From Lama guanicoe (lineage: Eukaryota): DNA of 64,000 nucleotides. Below the pieces are notes generated by a model. The model saw only the letters and a list, made by a program, of their open reading frames with translations. It was not told the origin of the DNA and ran no database searches. The position numbers and the translations under genes were made by a program. Where the stretch lies: assembly GCA_013239625.1 (NCBI GenBank), contig MU054187.1, forward strand, positions 7,784,358 through 7,848,357, read 5' to 3'. Each line of letters starts with the position of its first letter. Position 1 is the first letter of the stretch. Below are positions 63,358 to 64,000 of this stretch, one piece after another.

Positions 63358-63789
63358 TGGTATAGTCAGTTAAGTGGTGACCCACCCCCAGGTTATGTCC
63401 ACCGTCTAGTTCCTAGAGCATGTGATTATTTGCAAAAAGGATCTTTGCAGAGGTAACTAAGGAGATTGGTATGAAACGATCATCCTGGATGTTCCAGATG
63501 GGCTCTCAATCCTTATAAAAGACACATAGAGGAGATTTGACAAACAGAAGAGAAGGGTATGTGGCTGTAGAGGCAGAGACTTGAGGGATGCAGCCACAGA
63601 GCAAGGACCGTCTGGAGCCACCAGAAGCTAGAGGTGGCAACGAAGGGCTCTCCGCTGGAGTCTCTGGAGGGAGCCTGGCCCTGCTGACACTTGGATTTCA
63701 GACTCCAAAACACTGAAAGGATAAATTGCTGTTGTTTTAAGCCACTAAATTTGTGGTAATTTGTCACACAGCCTCAGGAAATTCATTCA
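63358..63789 (+). mobile_element. ERVL-MaLR solo LTR (MLT1C/D-like)
   Basis: TTATTTGCAAAAAGGATCTTTGCAGAGGTAACTAAGG, GATGCAGCCACAGAGCAAGGA, GGCCCTGCTGACACTTGGATTTCAGACT and TTTTAAGCCACTAAATTTGTGGTAATTTGT. Confidence 0.9.
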
Positions 63790-64000
63790 GCAGGGATTTC
63801 AGACTGTAAGCAGGATCTTTAAGCAGAATTCTAAGGAGATCGCTGAAGAAGGTAGGAGACGGAGCTCAGAGTGATGTGACTAACAGAGCACTTATTTTAA
63901 ATATCTAGACCAAAAAATGATGGAATTTTAAGCTAAGAGAGTAACCACTGGCATGGACTAAGGGGTAGGGGTTGAAAGTTGGCAAATACTCAAGATGCTG

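Noticed and set aside
1..64000. Prokaryotic or viral systems (CRISPR array, operon, defence island, non-retroviral endogenous virus)
   Set aside because: No regularly spaced repeats, no dense long ORFs and no viral protein motifs recognised; the content is typical mammalian repeat-rich non-coding DNA. A tBLASTx against viral proteins would be needed to exclude very decayed elements.

Overview
Mammalian genomic DNA, most likely camelid (alpaca/llama/camel). The evidence is two tRNA-Ala-derived SINEs of the camelid type and young L1 3' ends. There are no prokaryotic features (no operons, rRNA, CRISPR or IS elements), and I cannot recognise a protein-coding gene. The ORF track is mostly chance ORFs plus decayed L1 ORF1/ORF2 and CR1 reverse-transcriptase remnants. 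The window reads as intergenic or deep-intronic sequence: old L1M, L2, MIR, CR1/L3, MER5 and MaLR (MLT1) fossils; younger L1 3' ends, two with clear target-site duplications; a MER21-like LTR; and several ERV1-type solo LTRs. These alternate with repeat-poor blocks that resemble conserved non-coding elements, and there is one 47-N assembly gap inside a GGGCT repeat. The most notable observation is three MER41-like LTRs within 13.5 kb that each keep a STAT-type TTC-N3/4-GAA site at the homologous position, making them candidate cytokine-inducible enhancers. Two speculative spliced ORFs are listed as low-confidence leads. Repeat families were assigned by eye from remembered consensus sequences, and boundaries without a TSD are approximate. 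I found no well-supported, previously undescribed biological system.
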